From contig JBCBFT010000019.1 of assembly GCA_038527485.1 (NCBI GenBank), positions 754 to 64,753 on the forward strand: a stretch of DNA of 64,000 nt, written 5' to 3'. A program made the position numbers and the translations under genes. Origin of the DNA: Bacteroidota bacterium (GTDB taxonomy: Bacteria > Bacteroidota > Bacteroidia > J057). Position 1 is the first letter of the stretch. Each line of letters starts with the position of its first letter. The notes below the pieces were generated by a model. It saw nothing but the letters and a program-made list of their open reading frames with translations. It made no database searches and was not told the DNA's origin. Below, piece after piece: positions 62,378 to 64,000 of this stretch.

Positions 62378-63384
62378 GGGCAATAATAGACAGCGATATA
62401 CAGGAGGCCGCCAGGTATTTGAGGGAAGGCGAAGTTATTGCGATTCCTACAGAGACTGTATATGGATTGGCGGGTAATGCCTTGGATACACAAGCAGTCA
62501 GTAGAATTTTTGAAGTAAAAAATCGTCCTACCTTCAACCCATTGATCGTACACAGTCATGGATTAGAAGGGATTCGGAAATTTGTGTCTCAGCTCCCTAA
62601 GCAAATGGAGGATCTTGCGGACGCATTTTGGCCAGGCCCCCTCACGCTCTTGCTCCCCAAGGATGAGATCATTCCTGACCTTGTCACCGCTCAAAACGAC
62701 AGAGTAGCTGTCCGTGTGCCCCAGCATCCTTTGACCTTGGAACTGCTCGCTTCGCTAGACTTTCCACTGGCAGCTCCTAGTGCCAATCCTTTTGGATACA
62801 TCAGTCCTACCACTGCGGAGCATGTGATGCAGCAACTGGGGGTGAAAATACCTTATATTCTGGATGGAGGATCTGCGCAGGTCGGGGTAGAGTCCACCAT
62901 CATAGGATGGGAGAAGGACCATAGCTTTCAGGTCTACAGGCTAGGCGGACTCTCGGTAGAGCAGATAGAGGAGGTCTTGGGGCCGGTCGCTCCTAGAAGT
63001 ACGTCTTCAGGCTCAGTAAAGGCCAGTGGTATGCTTAAGAGTCATTATGCACCAGGGGCAGATCTTTTTTTGGGACATATAGAGCGTCTTTGGGAAGAAA
63101 AGGGAGGCGCGCTTACAGCGGTTCTGAATTATCGCCACCAGCGCCCTCACATCCCGTTTGACCAGCAGTATGTCCTCACCCCTTCTGGCAACATGAAAGA
63201 GGCTGCACAGCGGTTGTTTGCCTTGATGCGGGAGATCGATGGGCAGGACTACGATACGATCCTGACAGAGCATGTGCCCAATGTGGGACTGGGACGCGCC
63301 ATCAATGATCGATTAGAAAAGGCACAAGCCCAATTCAAAGGAAGCCTCTACAAAGAAGAAGCTTCCTCTGAAATTGTGGATTAA
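62374..63384 (+). CDS. tsaC: L-threonylcarbamoyladenylate synthase (Sua5/YwlC/TsaC family, long form with a Sua5 C-terminal domain)
   Basis: VIAIPTETVYGLAGNA, KNRPTFNPLIVH, FWPGPLTLLL, AAPSANPFGYISPT. ATGA overlap with rpiA. Confidence 0.88.
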   Translation: MRAIIDSDIQEAARYLREGEVIAIPTETVYGLAGNALDTQAVSRIFEVKNRPTFNPLIVHSHGLEGIRKFVSQLPKQMEDLADAFWPGPLTLLLPKDEIIPDLVTAQNDRVAVRVPQHPLTLELLASLDFPLAAPSANPFGYISPTTAEHVMQQLGVKIPYILDGGSAQVGVESTIIGWEKDHSFQVYRLGGLSVEQIEEVLGPVAPRSTSSGSVKASGMLKSHYAPGADLFLGHIERLWEEKGGALTAVLNYRHQRPHIPFDQQYVLTPSGNMKEAAQRLFALMREIDGQDYDTILTEHVPNVGLGRAINDRLEKAQAQFKGSLYKEEASSEIVD

Positions 63385-63394
63385 AGGCTTGGCT

Positions 63395-64000
63395 TTACTG
63401 CATCTTTACTTTAGGAAAAGTCTCTATAGGATAAAAGGTGATCTCGACGCGGGAATCCTTCTTTTCTTTCTCCGTCTTCCAAATTTTTCCTTCTGCTTGT
63501 TTCATTTTCAAGAAATCCCTCAAAGCTTGTGGCGATTCAAAGTCTACGACATTGTCTACAGAAATGGCATCCTCTTCAGATGTCGAGTGCTTGCTCTTGG
63601 GAGAAATTTTAGGTAGGCCCTCAAACACATTGTCTGGCAAAGCAAACAAACTGAGACTCTTGACAGCTTTATCCAAACTCGTTTGGGCAGAATCTACTTC
63701 GAATATCATGTACATGGAGGTTTTTGACTTGATTTTGTCTTCTATAGAGGGATAGGAGAAATAGACGTAGTCGCCGATTCGTGCAAATTGAGCATCTACT
63801 ACCAACTGATCCCAATAGCCTTTTTCCTCTACAGGTAGAAGTGTCTGAATCGCATAAGCACCTGTTTGAGGGATATAATCAATGTCTACGAACTGTGGAC
63901 TAAGGCTCGAACCATCTTGAGAAGTAATCACCGCTACATATTTGCCTTCCCAGTTATTCCCATAAATATTTTCTGCGGGGAGTGGGACGTTGGTGTATGT
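63395..64000 (-). CDS. Hypothetical protein, 5'-truncated by the window edge
   Basis: The frame stays open from the stop at 63395 to position 64000 (...TYTNVPLPAENIYGNNWEGKYVAVITSQDG...). The GTG at 63931 in the ORF track is probably internal. Confidence 0.5.
   Translation of the reverse strand, partial: TYTNVPLPAENIYGNNWEGKYVAVITSQDGSSLSPQFVDIDYIPQTGAYAIQTLLPVEEKGYWDQLVVDAQFARIGDYVYFSYPSIEDKIKSKTSMYMIFEVDSAQTSLDKAVKSLSLFALPDNVFEGLPKISPKSKHSTSEEDAISVDNVVDFESPQALRDFLKMKQAEGKIWKTEKEKKDSRVEITFYPIETFPKVKMQ

Overview
The window looks like a chromosomal segment from a Bacteroidota-type genome. Supporting features are T9SS-type C-terminal sorting domains, CarboxypepD_reg-type TonB-dependent receptors, DUF4249, DUF3078, DUF3667 and DUF547 proteins, and weak or absent Shine-Dalgarno sites. 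GC is roughly 45-50% by eye. Most of it is core-like metabolism and envelope genes: moeA, an MFS sugar porter with a GH32 fructosidase, a KirBac-type K+ channel, BlaI with an M56 BlaR1-like sensor, saccharopine dehydrogenase, a transsulfuration enzyme, rhodanese, thioredoxin, rluF, truC, nuoABC, PPK2, rpiA and tsaC/sua5. I saw no rRNA, tRNA, CRISPR array, transposase, integrase or recognisable phage-defence ATPase or nuclease system. The most notable locus is a light-harvesting and light-response cluster at 55.5-60 kb. It holds a DTE-motif proton-pumping proteorhodopsin-clade rhodopsin with its own long AT-rich leader, an inverted repeat, a terminator and a highly-expressed-type codon bias. 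It is followed by overlapping crtY and blh genes and a photolyase/cryptochrome gene. By-eye alignment places a Gly at the carotenoid-antenna fenestration position. Other items worth a second look: (1) a 2.5-copy tandem array of a roughly 147-153 bp hairpin-rich repeat, with a solo relative 3 kb away; (2) a low-GC island of about 2 kb that removed the 5' part of an SDR gene and carries an ECF sigma factor; (3) a compact low-GC VapBC cassette; (4) a secreted protein with a His/Cys pattern resembling clan-CD peptidases; (5) an uncharacterised GCS2-CBS ligase, AstE-like deacylase and Na+/solute symporter trio; (6) a truC gene whose conserved N-terminus has no canonical start codon; (7) a nuoABC set with no nuoD following. 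None of these is demonstrably a new system from sequence alone, and the functional interpretations are marked as inference.
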